Source: Lama guanicoe (Eukaryota). Taken from it: DNA of 64,000 bases. Both the position numbers and the translations under genes were made by a program. Location: NCBI GenBank assembly GCA_013239625.1, contig MU054323.1, forward strand, positions 13,811,950 through 13,875,949. Direction: 5' to 3'. The notes under the pieces were generated by a model. The model had not been told where the DNA came from, did not search any database, and saw only the letters and a program-made list of their open reading frames with translations. Positions within the stretch are counted from its first letter, which is position 1, and each line of letters starts with the position of its first letter. Shown here one piece after another: positions 25,801-40,391 of the stretch.

Positions 25801-28800
25801 CACAACTCGCCTCACAAGAAGTACGGAGGAACAGATGGTATCTTTGACATCTAGTACAGTTGTGAGACTTCACTGACTATATCTTGTGGAATTAAAGGCA
25901 CTGGCCCCCTCCAAACAGGGTAAATGCAGTCTATGACCCTGTCCAGCCACAGATCAGAAAGGAAGTTCCAAAACTTTTGATTAACAATTTTCAGTGCACA
26001 GTATTTTGGATGGGGTGAGGGTGGGGTTTGGAGGAAGCTATAAGCCTCTCTGTGATACGCGGGACCATCAGGCCAGAGGACCAATGGCTCCAACATGAAA
26101 CAGATGTGCAACTCATTAGCAGGAGGCTCCAGGTCAGCAGAAAGCAGGTAGCTGACAATGGCCACGCTTGCACATAAAAGGAAACATACCATAAAAAGAT
26201 CATTATTCTCATCTGAGGGCAGCTTATTGACTTACTGAGAAAAAGATATTCAGTAGATGGCAGACTCTCAAATCTAAAGGTCTTTAGCCCAACTAGCTGT
26301 GAATGATGCTGGGCATATCTTATTATAAAACACCATTAACTTTAAACCAATATGATCTCTCCATTTCATAGTATCAAATTTCTTGCTTCGTTAAAAAACT
26401 AAGTAAAACAAATCTTTTTAAAACCTCCCCATGTTATGTTGTGGCTGACAAACTTGCAAGTAGGTAGTTTGTGAAAGATGATAGGGTTTCCAGTGGAGAT
26501 ATTTTCTAAGATTCCAAGTGGGATCTTGGACCAACAGAAATATGATGAGCTTGAAAAGTATCTGGAATCCTTAGTTCTCTAAGTATTTCTGATACTAGAG
26601 TTTTGTTGCCATTCATACAACTGGACAACATATCTGTGCCTTAAGAAGGGGATACCACGAAGGGAAAAAAAAGTGAAACTCTCACCAGAATTGCAAAACT
26701 CTGGGAACTCAGGAAACTCTCACCTGATGTTGTGAAATCCTAGCTTCTTTTTCCAAGTCAGTCAGGAGCAGAATTAATTTGCCTTTGACATTCTTGTGAC
26801 CATAATCAGCACTGCAGGCTTAGGATAAAAGTGAAGTGGGCAGTAGATTTTTTCCTTCCTCAGAGCTTCACCTTCGCACAATGGGACCAACACTCTATTT
26901 CTGGCCTCTCAGCCTTTGACCCCGCCTGAAATCTGAACTCATGCATTGTGTTCATTTCCAGTCTTAGCAGGGTATATACTCAATGGCTTGTTGATTACTG
27001 GTAGGGGAGAATAAATGTCTAAGTTCATAGTAATGATTGCCTTCTAATGGGCAAGACCCACTTCTGACCTAAACTTGAAGTATTGACCCAGTGATACCTT
27101 ACTGTTGTCTGGGTGCGATACCTGAGGCTATAGTCTGGTTCAGATGTTTTATAGGATCCAATCAATACAATGTATTTGGAGGTTGGCAGGAGCTACAAAG
27201 GTCAATGGAAGGGTTTTAAGCTTCTGACAATAGAAAATGCCAGATAAACCCAAGCTTCTGCTTGTCTTTGCTAAGATTGGGAGTTAGCACATGCTGAGTG
27301 TTTCCTTGGAAAGCAACTCATCTAGAGCTAATCAACCATGTGGACCTGAGGCACCATAATCACAGAAGTACTGGGCTCTCTCCCATACATGTCTAGAGCA
27401 GTATCTTTTGCCATTTCAGTTACTGCTTTTCTGAGCTATCTAGCTTATGTAATTGTTTAAAAATGCAACATTTTGGAGGGAAAGGAGCAAGAGTTTTATT
27501 CCTAGGATCTTCTACAATGCCTTGTAGAGTATCTGGAAGGATGCAGATAACAAGACACATATGAGAGATTCTCTGAGGCAGGCTTTTACTTGGTTTCAAA
27601 GTGGTGGTGTTTTCATGTATATTTGAGCTCATTACTTAATTGGCTCCAGCTCATTGTCCTGCTTTGGTCTCTGAATAGTGCAGTGTGTATGACTTTGACT
27701 ATCTGTATGGCCTTTATAGACTCATAGCATCTAAATGAGATAATTTCATTTCAGAAATTCATTTTACAGTCATGGAAAATGAGGCCTAGAGTAGAGAGAA
27801 ATTAAACCCAGATTTCCTTATTCTCATGTCTGACTGCTTTCCCATGCCCTTGAACCCATATCCTTGCCCTCCTTTCATTTCTTCATGATCTTTGGTTAAT
27901 TATTGGTTTTGATCTTGACTCAGTCTTCACCTATGATGGAATCCCTAACTCTTCTTTGACTTACTCTTGTCCTTTGAACCTGGACTTTACTTTTGTCCAC
28001 CTTTTCCAGATTTTCAGCTCTTTTCTTCCTCTACTGTGCCCTGAGTTTAGTCTGACACTAGGGACCTGCATATATCCATGAGCTGTTACCTTCTGAACAC
28101 ATTCACACCCTAAGGCTTTAACACAAGCTGGATCAGAAGGGCTGCTGAGCAAGGTTAGAAACACCTTGCACCTGCCTGGGGTGGAGTTGGTGGAACGGTG
28201 ACCAGTGAGCCTGCAGATCATCAGCGTGCACCCGGCCCTAGGGCCTCTGAGGAGGGTTATAACTTAAAAAAGCATTAGACACCCTGAGGCCAGCTGTCTG
28301 TTTTTAAAGTACTCTAGGGATGCTTTAATTTTAGAGGAAGGGAGAATTTTCTAGGAAGGAATAAGTTTGCCACTCACAGATGGAAGCGATTCCCTAAATC
28401 AAACCTTGGAAAAAATTTTAGTGATTTTTCAGCTTAATAGTAGCTCCTTTCTATCAGCAGAATTCTGAGAAGCTGAATGAGACTTTGACTGCTAGTTTAG
28501 GGAATATATACAATGCCTAGTTCTGGTGAAATAAAAAAATGGAGCTATGTATTATCGTTATTATTATTTATTGAAAAATATTTAAAGAACATTTATCATG
28601 AGAGTCATGTAAGGTCAACTTTTCATTGAGAAGGGACCCAAGTTATTTCAGTATCCAAATGCTGGGCTGCTTTTAGCATCCATTTCCAAAAGGCAAAACA
28701 GAAACGTCCCTAAAAATCATTCATCTCCGTCAGATTAGTTTATCCGATTCGCTGGCAGAGAGCTAGTTTGGCCTACTCCCTGCTGCTCCAGGCAGCCTGG

Positions 28801-30802
28801 AGGCAAAATTGAGACTAGTAGAAGACTAGATGGACTTGATTAAAGATAGAGTTTATTGAAGTTTCTTTGTGATGGAGGGAAGGAAGTCTTCTCTAAAAGA
28901 AAAAAGCAGGGGTCTGGGGTACTGGACTGACTTGACCAGTTTGGTCAATTCAATTGAAAGAAATGCTCAAGTTGGTCAAACAGATTGTAAATAACTAGGA
29001 AATGCAGTCAAAATAGTTAAAAATGTGTGCTTGTTTGGATTACCTGGAACACCTGATCTTGAAGCCTGATTCTATCAAAATAATAAACTGTAACTCAGAA
29101 TTATAAATGGGACTCACTGAAATGTGTTCATTTGTCCCTTTGCCAGTTATCATTCCTTCTTTACCATTCAGGTGCAGGAGGGGAAGAAGCATCAACCTGA
29201 AATTGCAAAAAGCATACTGGAATTCAAAAAGCCACAACTGTTAAATTCTCTTCCTCTTTTCTCTGAATAACACCGTTTCGTCTTAATTTCATGGGTCAGA
29301 TGTTAGGATCAGCCTGAACTGCAGGTGCTTCTGAGAAGGAGATGGCTAAATGAATAATATCTATTACTGTTTAATATTTATTGAATCCATCTATTTCTAA
29401 TTATAATACTGTGTTTCATCTGCTACAAGATTGCTTTTGCAAGTGGAGTGAGATGACCGGTAATATATACTGCCGTTATTATCAGGGGCTTCTTGTAGTT
29501 ATCATTGTTGATTTAAAATCTTAGCAAACTACAGCACACAGAAATCTGAAATAAAATGAGCATCTGGCAACAATGTACCTTTCTACCTGATTGAAAAAGG
29601 TCCCTGTGAAATTCAGTGTTATTCATAGCATATACCTTCATTTGCTGCTAAACGGACATACAAAAATACAATATATTACATTTTTAATGGTAGGAAAGTG
29701 AAATTTTATAGCATGCACTATGTTGTGTGTGTGCGCATGTATAATATATTAAAACCAGTCCTCCACATATTATTTTAAGTAGATTTTTATCAGTAAATTG
29801 GGAAGGAAGAGTAAGAGGGTTAGTGTAAGCATATGAAGCAGGCATTCAACATAGGTTTTCTGAGTTAAGTCAGATTCTCTATGTGCCCGAGACAGAGTGG
29901 CAGGGTGAGGGTCTGAGTTGCAAGGGCTGGGTTCTTCTGAGAAATCAGAGAAGTTGATTGGTTCCTTCTTAGTTTTCATATCCCCAGTCTTTAACAGCTA
30001 GGGTATTACTGTCCCTTCTTAATCCTCTGATCAAGTCTTTAGTGCTGTTCTTTGCTGACAACTTGAGAAAGCCCCCAGCAAAGGAAGGGTAAATGACTGA
30101 CGGGGACAGAGATAAATTTTCTGAGAGGAAAAGGTGGGGACAGAGAAGAGGGAAAGTTACTTAATTAGATACCTATTTTAGATGCCTGTTTTCCCCTAAT
30201 ATGCACTGGCACAGAGGAAAATTTAGCTATAAATATCTTTTTGTTTTGGAATAAGACACTCCTTTTTAGGAAACGACCTGAATCCTGATAGAGACACATG
30301 ACTGAAAATGAAATGCTCATTTAAGAGAAATACATTAATTGAATATATTTGATGCTGCGTAGCCCACTCATTTATTGAAAAAGATGGTATAAAGTATTTT
30401 AATACACACATACACACACAGAATTTCATTATCGTATGACAGATTGGTTCCCTTTTATGTTGAAATGGTTGGAATGAAAGCAGTCTCATCTAGTCCTCTT
30501 GTACCATAAATTATAGAAACTGGAACTGAGCTTCCTAAATGGAAAGTCAAAGTAACCCAGCATTACTCTTTGGGATAATGTTAACAGTATCCAACACACA
30601 AAACATTGCTCTGTCCATTTGTGTCTTGTGATTCTATGGCAAGAGATACTGCTGACACCAGTAGTACCATATTTGTTCAGGTACTTATGTTTTATAAATC
30701 TATCACCTAAAGCTGGTGGATCCCAAATCTAGATTTCTAGCCCTAACATTTCCCTAAGTTCTGAAAAAATATTTTCAAATGCTAATTGAACATATTTCTA
30801 AC

Positions 30803-31216
30803 TGTGGTAGGTAAAAATTTTAGGATGGCCCTATGACCTTTGCCTGGCTATACTCCAGTGACTATGTTACATTACATAGCAAAAGTCTGATAATCAGTTG
30901 GCCTTAAGGAAATTTTCTGGGTGGCACTGATCAAATCACATGAACCCTTTAAAAGCAGAGGGTTCTCTCTAGCTTGGAGCAAAAGAGAAGTCAGAGAGAT
31001 TTGAAGCATGGAAGAGACTTGATGCTCTGTTGCTGGATTGAAGATGGTGAAAACTAAGGAGCAGAGATCTCTGAGTGGACAATCTGACTGAATTTGAAAG
31101 TAGATTTTTCCCCAGAGCCTCCAAGATAAGAAAAACCCCAAGCCTGGTGAGTTCTTTGATTTTTCTCAGCAAAGGACCCAGTTAGGCCTACCTGGACATC
31201 TGACCTACAGAACTGT
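30803..31216 (+). mobile_element. MLT1E-like MaLR LTR
   Basis: tgtggtagg...aatcacatgaaccctttaaaagcagag...gaagtcagagagatttgaagcatggaagagacttgatg...ccccagagcctccaagataag...ctggacatctgacctacagaactgt. Confidence 0.85.
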
Positions 31217-34200
31217 TGTCCTCTGTCTGAGGTCGGGGCCCAGTCATGGGCAAGGGAAGGATGGGGTTCAGGCACTTTGTCTCATCACAGCTTGCATGGA
31301 GCAAGGCAGTAGCCATCCATGTCCTGGGCTAGGAGCATCATAGCACATATAGATGACTAAGCAGAGTCCTCTTTCCCACTCCTGAGTCAGACCCCAGACC
31401 ATGGAAGTTGCAGTCCTCTGAGGGTCTCCTGTCTGCCGGCGGTTGGGGCAGTGGGCTACAGGAAGAAGATGTTATTGTATTTATAAATTACTTGCTAAAC
31501 AGCATTCATTCTATTTAACTTCTTTTACAGCTGAAATTTAAACCAATACTTTTGTCTCTGGTATCAATCATGGGGAAAAATTTAGTCAATAGTAATGTAT
31601 CGAAAACATCACTATTATTGGCCTGTAATTCGTTTTTGGCACTTTATCTTCATGACCATTGAGTTTTGGTGCACAGCCATTCTAGTGTAGATTGTACTAT
31701 GTTGTGTTCTTGTGGGTTTCAATTCAGTAAGTCCTTGAGTGGCTCTAACCTCAAAACCTTCCTTGTGCTCAGTTATGTGGTCATGGAAGGAAAGGGGTTG
31801 GGCAAGAGTGGTAGAGGGAACTTGAGTCTGGGTTAAGAAGCAAGAAATCATGTACAGCACTAAAGAGTAGGTAGGATCTGAAAATATGAAGTTAGCAGTA
31901 CAGAGAGCTGGAAAACAACTTACCTCAGGGGTCAGACATTTATGTGTGTCTTCCACGTCCATCGTTAACATGTTGTGTTGGTGTTTTCAGAGTCAGTTTC
32001 TCAGAATCTCAGTTTCTCCATCTATAAAATATTCATTCTAAATAGGTCAGTGGGTATGGGAACTGGAAAAAGCCATCCTCTCTTGAGCTTCACACTTCTA
32101 AAGAAAACACTGTACACAGGTATGGAAGTTGGAGTTCTTAAATAAACAAGTAGGTATAGAAGGCCTAATTCTTTGCTATTAAGAGAACAGCCATTTTGAG
32201 GATGCCCTCTTTGGGAGTGATTTAATTATTCGACAGTTATATAATGATTATGGTCTTATACTTGATAGCAGGTTAAGTATTTTGAACTAAAAAAGTAGAA
32301 CATTTGTATGCTTGCACTTACTAGTAGTATAAACTCGTGTAAACAAGTATCCAAAGCATTGGATTTTTCTTAAAAAATAATATTTGAACAGAGGTGGTTT
32401 TGGCTAGATAATTTGACGCTGTCAGCTTGCCTTTAGATGATCGTAGTTTGATAATTTTCTGTACACCTTGACTATTGTTTATTAATATTGTGCAATCTGG
32501 GATTATAATGTAGTGGTCCTAATAACATCATTGCCTTATATAAATACTTCCTATCTTATGATAAACTGGCAAGTTTCTGAATCTGTCCAATTAGTGAGTT
32601 TGGAAGTCGAATTTTTGTTTATAACACTGTGAGGTTATCTGGGTTATAAAATTTTGGAGGTGGGACATTTTAAGAGGGATGTGGCCACTTGAACCATCAT
32701 ACAATTGCCATGAAAAGGAATACATCTACATCTATAGGAGGAGGACGTAAATCCCTAAATTTATATAAATGCTTTCTTCCTCTTTCTCTTCTTTCTCTTC
32801 TCATTTAATATGACATTTTGGCCTTGATTCCTTCAGACTTCAGTTTTGAACTCTGGCCCACAAAGAGTGTATGGAGCCTTCAAAAACCTACTGCACTAGG
32901 CTGTTTCAGATTATGCTCTTCCTTAGAATTTGTTTGGTAGGAGATTGATTGTCTCTCTAAACTCTTTGTTATCCTATTTGAAATTAACAAACTGCAATAC
33001 TTTGTTAATATGGCTGGACTTTCTCATGGTTTTAATTTGAATCACTGAGGTATTTAAAAAATGATAGAGTAGCTTTCTTTCCTTTGGTGACGTGCTAAGA
33101 TTAAACACTAACTTTCTCGAGCTTTAGCAGGCAGTCTAAGTGAGAACACTGCAGAGGAGATGATGAACAAACCCGAGAAGCTGCAAACATCTATGACACC
33201 CCTGAAGGTGAAATTCAGCAAGCTCCTGCTTTTAGAGTTTCTAAAAGCAAGTGCAGGATTTGGTGTTGCTGAGACCTACCTCTACACAAAAAACTGAAAA
33301 GATCTGAGGGGAAGGGGAAGGCAGGGAATTGAAACAGATGCTAAGGCAGCTGGAGACAGACCCTGAAATATGTAATGGTACCCAATATAGTTACTGAATG
33401 TGGGGGTGCTTCTATGCACCATGTTTTTAAAGGAGTAATAGACTTTATTGCTACTAAGCCTGAAATAAACAAGTGATTTGATCATTTTATCTAGATTAAT
33501 TGGTAAAGAATCAATTAGCAGCCATTAAATTCAGCCAATCACCTAGTTATTAACTGGTTTATAAATCCACTACTCCAGTAAAAGGGGTACGTCTACATAC
33601 AGCCTTGGAAACTCAATGTTCCAGAAAAAGGGGTTTTCAAACACATGTTTGTCTTTTAGCTGCACATGTTTATGACTCTTATGTCTGGGATCTTTTATAT
33701 CTTGTTCACTGTTGGAAAAATGAGTGAGTAATTAAGGCTAGTTTTTACACAAAGGACCATTCCTGGAAAAGAGAGTTATAGATGTCTAGCTATAAGGAAG
33801 TGCCTTGTTTCTATGGTTTTTGAGCTTGCAATGGTATAACCAGGTTTAAAGCTTGTATTTACCCTCTTTCCTTTAAAAAAAAAACCTGTGTATCAAGCCT
33901 CATTCTTTACTTCTGTACATTTGAAGAATGGTCCATCTAACAGCCTATATCTTCTACCTGATGCTGTGCCACACACTGTACACTATCAGACCACTACCAG
34001 AGATTTAAGTACAGGTTGGGAGTTGGTTGGAAAATTCCCTTGCAGCTCAAGAATGAGACATAAGGCTTATTGCATGGGCTTTAGCAGCTTACACATCCTT
34101 TCTACAACCTCTAAGGCTATAGTTATTAAATAGCCTACACAATAGAGTCTGTCTTCTCCCCTTGCCAAATTTAGCAAATGCTGAAACATTTAGTAGGAAA

Positions 34201-34299
34201 AATAAAAGCATGGGTGCTTTTGGTTATAGCAGCAAACATATTTTGACAGTGGAATATTAGAAGCTTCTAATTAAATTCAAATCAACTTTAAAGAGTGCC

Positions 34300-34720
34300 T
34301 ACATTATTAAGATAGGTTAGACTGTAATGCAAGAACAAATAAATCCTGATGTCTCAGTAGCTTAACATGTAAACATTTATTCCTTGCTCAAGTAAAATCT
34401 GCTGCAGGCTCAGCAGTTCCTTCACATACCTCCCTTGCAAGTAGTGACCCATGACTCCTGATTGTGTCCATCTTGTCGCAGCTCTACCATTCAACACAGG
34501 GCTTCCGGGTTGCTGCAGCCAGAGAAGAGAATTTAGAGGGTAGCTCAGGGACTTCTCACTGTTTCAGATCTAAATGACAGGTATCATGTCCCAGCATAGG
34601 TTACTGGCCAGAACTATATACTTGGCCTCACCTAACTGCAAGGTCCCTGCAAAGCAAGACCTGTTTCAGGTCTTAGATACAGAGCAAAACCGGATATTAA
34701 TGAGAATTGTTAGTGTCAGC
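34300..34720 (-). mobile_element. MLT1J/K-like LTR
   Basis: tctcagtagcttaacatgtaaacatttattccttgctca...ctggccagaact...ggcctcacctaactgcaagg. Confidence 0.75.
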
Positions 34721-35439
34721 CCCACCTAGAGTGTGCTACCCACTTGGCTACGTGGTGAGGATAACAAAGATGAATGTGATAGAGTTTTTCCATTTAAGAA
34801 AGTTATAATCCATTCACTTAAAAGTATGCTTATGAAATTTAAGTAAAGGACAGTAGCCATATTAACAAAGCAAGACATCAAATTGATTGTTTCAATTTAT
34901 ATAAAGTATAATAAAGATCAATCATTCAAAAACATGAATTTCACAGTATGAATAAATAGTGGCTTTTAAAATTCAAAGCTTAATGTAAAATTAGACATTA
35001 ATAAGACTTTCACTTCATTATGTATTGGCTACCTGTACAACTTTGGTTTCAAGCAGCTTAGTGGGATCGGAAAAGTGAAATAAAACCAAATGCAAATAAA
35101 AAACCTTATTTGTTAGTATTGAACTGCTTCTGATTCCAAGGAGGAGGCAACTCAATATATAGAAGGACTGTGCAGGATTTGAGAGACCAAAACTGAAACC
35201 TTTTCCTAGTAGGGTCTAGGCAGAGAGGTATTCCTAAGAAGAAACAAGGGATCCTTAGAAGTAGAGGATTTTCACCAGCTGGGAGAGTTCAGACTCATTG
35301 CACATTCCAGTTGACTAAGTTATAAAAAGGAAGGACCTCTGTCAGCTTATTTCACCTTTTTCACATGTGTTATTCAGACTTATAAGTCCCTTAGGACTGT
35401 TTTCTTCCTTACCCTTTTTAGAGTTTTTTTTTTTTCCCT

Positions 35440-35830
35440 GAATGTAAGAGTAAAACTTACTCATCAAAGAAAATTTAGGAAGTACAGGGAAGGCTTTCAG
35501 AAAGGAAATAAACACTCTTAATGTCCTTGTTTAGGGACAATCTCCATTAACATTTTGGTTCACTTTTAGACTTTTATATGTATTTTGTTTTGTATTATTG
35601 AAACCATAGCTTATAGGCAGTTTGATATCTTGCTTTGTTAATATAAATGCTATCTCCTACTTAGATTTCATAGGCATATTTTTAAAATGTGGGATGACAG
35701 TTTATTTTATGAAAATTATGAATGTTACTTAAAGATTCTCCTAATATTAGTCACATTGATTTCTTCTAAGTTTAAACTATCATGTACAGTCCTGTGATGA
35801 ATATCAGCAATTAGTAGGTAAAGCTTTGAC
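35440..35830 (-). mobile_element. Ancient L1ME 3' fragment
   Basis: aaagaaaatttaggaagtacag...ccattaacattttggt...cctgtgatgaatatc. Confidence 0.5.
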
Positions 35831-36064
35831 GTTAATCCTGGACTAGACTTATAATCCTTTTTGTTGATGGAGGTGTTTCATGAAGCATCCTCCAAAAGGT
35901 AGAACCTAATACCATATTTGTTTGTAGGGATGGTGAGGAAATGAGGTAATAAAATCATCTCCTGCATGTTGTAAGGCTTCTTAAAGGAGTAGATTTTGAG
36001 CTAATTTGGCAAAACATGTCGAGGATTGGAGCACATTTCAGGTTAAGAAGATGTGGAAAGCACA

Positions 36065-36490
36065 TGTGTTAGTTAGCTTTGGCCACAGTACGGCTACATA
36101 GCAAATGACCAGAAAGTTACATCCACATACAAAGTAAGCAGTTATTTAGTTTGTCCATCTGCAGAATGCTTTACTAGGCAGCTCTGCTTCAGGCCCCAGG
36201 AACTGAGAGGATCCCGCTGCAGGTCTGTGGATAGGCTGAGGCAACCTCACTCAGTGTGTCCCCCTTCCTCTTTGGACCAACAAGATAATCAAGGAATGAT
36301 TTTTCATGTCCCTGGCAGAGCAAGTTCCATCTCTTAAGCATGTGTCAAGCCCTTACCATATCTTGCCTGTTAACATTCCATTGGCTGAAGTCACGTGGTT
36401 AAACCTGAAGGAAAGAAGAGGTAACGTACTTTCCAGGCCATGGAGGAATTGGAGAGGAATGAATATTTCTGAACAAGAATCTACTCTACA
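36065..36490 (-). mobile_element. MLT1H/I-like LTR
   Basis: tgtgttagttagc...aggcagctctgcttc...gttaacattccattggctgaagtcacgtggttaaacc...gaatgaatatttctgaacaagaatctactctaca. Confidence 0.75.
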
Positions 36491-36829
36491 GCAAGGGGAC
36501 AGACTCCTATAAAGTTCCTATCTTTTATTAAGGAACCCCACCTACTACAAACAGGCAAGGAAGACCTCTTGAGATCTCCTTGTTTCCTTCTTTTCCACAT
36601 ACCTAACTATGTACAGGATGCCTCCATTGACAGCCTTGACCTCCTGTGACTAAATTGATTGAGATACGGGGCCCAGATTTGAACATAAAATCCCCCAAGC
36701 TAACAACATTTTCATAGACACAATGTTTTCATTTATTCTCCTTTCTTTAAGGAACGATTTTTCATAAAAGAATCTGCTTCATTTGATTACACAATGTCAG
36801 GGGACACTAACCTTATTTGCCCTCCAGGG

Positions 36830-37000
36830 CAGTGTTTCTCAGTGCTGTCTGTACATTGGAGTCAATAAAGGAACTTTTCAGAACTTCATGGTGCCTGAGC
36901 CCACCAAACTAAATAACTCGTAACTGTGGGGGCTGTGGCTCCAGCATAGACTGGTTTAGGTGCTTAGTGATTCCACTGTGTATTCAGCATTGGGAATTAC
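36830..37000. mobile_element. MER5B-like hAT-Charlie MITE
   Basis: cagtgtttctca...tacattggagtca...gtgattc...cagcattgggaattactg. Confidence 0.6.
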
Positions 37001-37218
37001 TGCTCTGGCACAACCATTTCTCCCTTTTTCGATCTATATTCTGTTTTCCCAGGGCCAACGTTTTATCCATAGCCATGTCTAATTCCACTCTCACCTGTCA
37101 GAATACTAAAAACCTGCACAACCAACTGACATTTTATCAAAATTTCTCATGGGGCCAGTTTAGAAAACCGAAACATTCTTCCACATTAAGAAATTGATTA
37201 GGTGTATTATACCTCAGC

Positions 37219-37418
37219 CAGTGTAGACTCAATTCTACCTGTATGTTAGAATTACTTGAGGGAGCTTTTAAAGAATCAGAAACAAAATAAAACACCTCTG
37301 CCCAACACCAGCCTCTGGAGATTCTGGTTCAACTCTTATAGGGTGAGGTCTCAGCCAGTGGTATTATTTTTAAAGCTCTCAGGTAATTATAATATGTAGC
37401 CAGTTTTGAGAACCACTG
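37219..37418. mobile_element. MER5-like hAT-Charlie MITE
   Basis: cagtg...tgttagaattacttgagggagctttt...ggagattctggttca...aaagctctcaggtaattataatatgtagccagttttgagaaccactg. Confidence 0.75.
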
Positions 37419-40359
37419 AACCTTGATTGGTGAAAAAAATCCGCAGCCATGAAAACATAGAACCCTAGGGCACGAAAGATGAATAGCTGGATTTCCTTGG
37501 TCTTGAGGATTCTTTGAACAATGGGAAGTATTTCTTTGGATAAAGCAGAAGAAATTGGACATAAGTAATGAGAGTGAAAACAAATAGTTTGCCTGGCTGT
37601 GCTGCCAAAGGAAGTGCGTGTGGGAGTGATGGGAAACGAGATTTGTGAAGAAGAGAAGTGGACACAAGGGGTCAGGTAGTACAGTCTCAAATATAAGACT
37701 GAGGGCTAGAAGTGGAATCTACTAGATAGTTGGGAGCTCTTGTAAGTCCCTGAGCAGTATAATTCTTAGTGCTTCTTAAATTGTTTTCTTCTTCTAAATC
37801 GCCTTACCTAATCACACATTGTGTGTCTGTGTGAGTGTGCCATTGCTTATGTGTGTGTACTATATTTGGTATACTGAACCACCATGTCTCTTGAGGTATA
37901 ACAGTTAAGCAACTATATATTTATTCTCCTCTCTCTTTAAAAATATTTGTTGGAGCTAGTTCTTCCCTTGCATCTGGATGAAAATCTAAGCCCTCCATGA
38001 CTACTCTAGTAAGTTCTGTATCATTAGCACTATCAAAAGATGCATTTTGTCCTCTGGATCTGGCAGGTGTTTTAATTCTTCCTTTCATGGGATACTCAAG
38101 TAGTCTTTGGAGGAAACCTTCTCCTATCTCTAAATTACTGGGGATCTCTTACCTGTAGCTCCCTTGATAATAGCAAATATTTCTTTATTCTGGATGATGA
38201 TTTAGTCCTTCCACAGCCACTAGAAATCAAGTATTACCTATAGTTTCTCTCTACTCAACTCTGTATCCACTCAGACAGGACTTAATGACATTCAGCCTCT
38301 CTCTCTTGCCTGGCACACATCTGATCCATGGGAAATGCTTATGTGTGTGTTATGCCAACAAACACTGGTGGGAGTTCAGGCTGAACCCACTCAGCCACCA
38401 TTCCTTTGATTTGTCATTAGTGGTTAGTCAGCTTGGCTCTGGACCATTACATTTGCAGGAGAGAGCCAGACACCAGGCCCGAATGCTTTGTAACTGTGGG
38501 GAACAGGAACTCTTAGTGTTCTGTTGAAACCCCTCTCATCAGTGTGAGGTGCTGAGGGGTCAGCATTTCCTTACTCTGACTTAGGATGGGGCTGGGATTC
38601 TCTCCACATTAATGAGTCCTTCCAAAAATGCCTTCTCAGAACTGCTGAAGAAAAATGTATTAATCACAATTAACTAAGTAAATGACTGATGCTGCTTAAC
38701 CTGAACTGTTCTACGTAGAGTTATCCAGGTGAGAAGTGGTTAGATTGCAAACCACATTTGTCTTCTTAATAATAGATTTGGGGCTCATACTTAAAACTAC
38801 TGATTGTTTTCTCTGTCCTTGGCACATTAATGCATCTTCACTCTTATGACTCATTACTCCCATTATCAGTCTTATGGGCCTCTTAGTTCACTTCTGTTTC
38901 AAATGCTCTGGTAAATGACTGCCTCCCTCCCTGACAGAGGACCCCAAAGCAAATTTCAGGTATGCCATATAGCCTGTATTTAAAATCATTTTGCTCAAAA
39001 CATACTTTCTACATTTCATGAAAATCTTGTCAAGCTGATTTTGCTTGATGTGATAACAGAGTTATGTTAAAACATATACAAACATTTTTATTTATATAGC
39101 TATACATAGATGCAGTTAAGAATAAATAAATATTAGGCAGTAAATTCAATTGGCTAAGGAAAAGAGTATTTTGATTGTGTTGTTGGAATAGATGAGAATT
39201 TGAATGGTATTATTTCTCAACCCTGCTAGAGGCAGAGGGATAGTAAATTTTCTCAAATACCATTTAAGTCCCTGTGCTCCTTGCTATTTGTCTGGCTAGG
39301 GATATCATAGGGCTTGATGGATTTGTTATGTGCAGTCATGCTTGGCTGATGGTTCCACCTCTTTGATCGTCCCACTAGGAATTCCATTACGGGGCTGTCC
39401 TTTGGAAATCCGCTGTTAGCCTGGGCCTGCTGTGTTGCCATGTGCCCTGCAGCTTTAGTCTGGTAAACAGTTCTCTCTGTTTGCTCTGCTAGGTGCTTCC
39501 TATACAGATGCAAGTTAGAATAAAAGGTTTAGTTTTGACCTTACCAAATTGCTAAATATAATTGTGTCTTTTTATATATCTTTACCTTACTAAAGGCACT
39601 GCTGGACACACCTTATCCTTTCAAAAGGGAAATGAGTTCTTTGGCTTCTTTGGAAGTTGTAAATTCATCTTTGTTTTTGCTCTACTAGCCATTGTTTATT
39701 TGAACAATTACTTGCAATTTATTAAAGTAGGCTGTCTCTGCATTTTGGGGGAGAACTTAGCTCTTCCTGACACAAATGACTGGGAGTTTTATTTTCATTT
39801 ATTTATTTTGCTACTATTTTAAAATATTTAGTGAATCACCAGCAGATCTGAACGCTCATCAAGAGGTTTCAGAGTCTCTTCTGCTCAAGCAGTCAGTTAT
39901 AAACAAGATGTGATTTCTAAGATTGAGATTCCATAGTAGGTACAGTTGAGGATTATATTAAATTTAGTAGTAGAGAAAAACCAGAAGGGGGTTGACTTCA
40001 GCATTTACCTTTGCAAACATCTTTATCACTCATCATTTGGCCTCTCTTGGGGAGAACCACCTGCTTTTGTTAGCAAGTACTCATTCTGCATGAAGAGGTT
40101 ATCTTCAGGGAATGGGGACATCCTCTCCCTATTAAAGTCCTGGCATCTGAACATTTTTCACCAACAAGATGTCTTGAAGTTTGTGTACTTGATTCAGAGA
40201 GGTGTTACTCAACTCTCATTGTACTTCTCAAATTTCTAAAATTAAGTGTTCTTAAAGGAAAAGAGGTATAAAAACTCTAGGGTTGTGAGTTTAGTATGTC
40301 ATAAACAAGATATTTCTTTAATATTTTATCTTCAAAAGTCCTGTAATATTGACATTCAA

Positions 40360-40386
<27 letters not shown>
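40360..40386. repeat. (TA)n microsatellite
   Basis: Directly visible. Confidence 0.95.
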
Positions 40387-40391
<5 letters not shown>

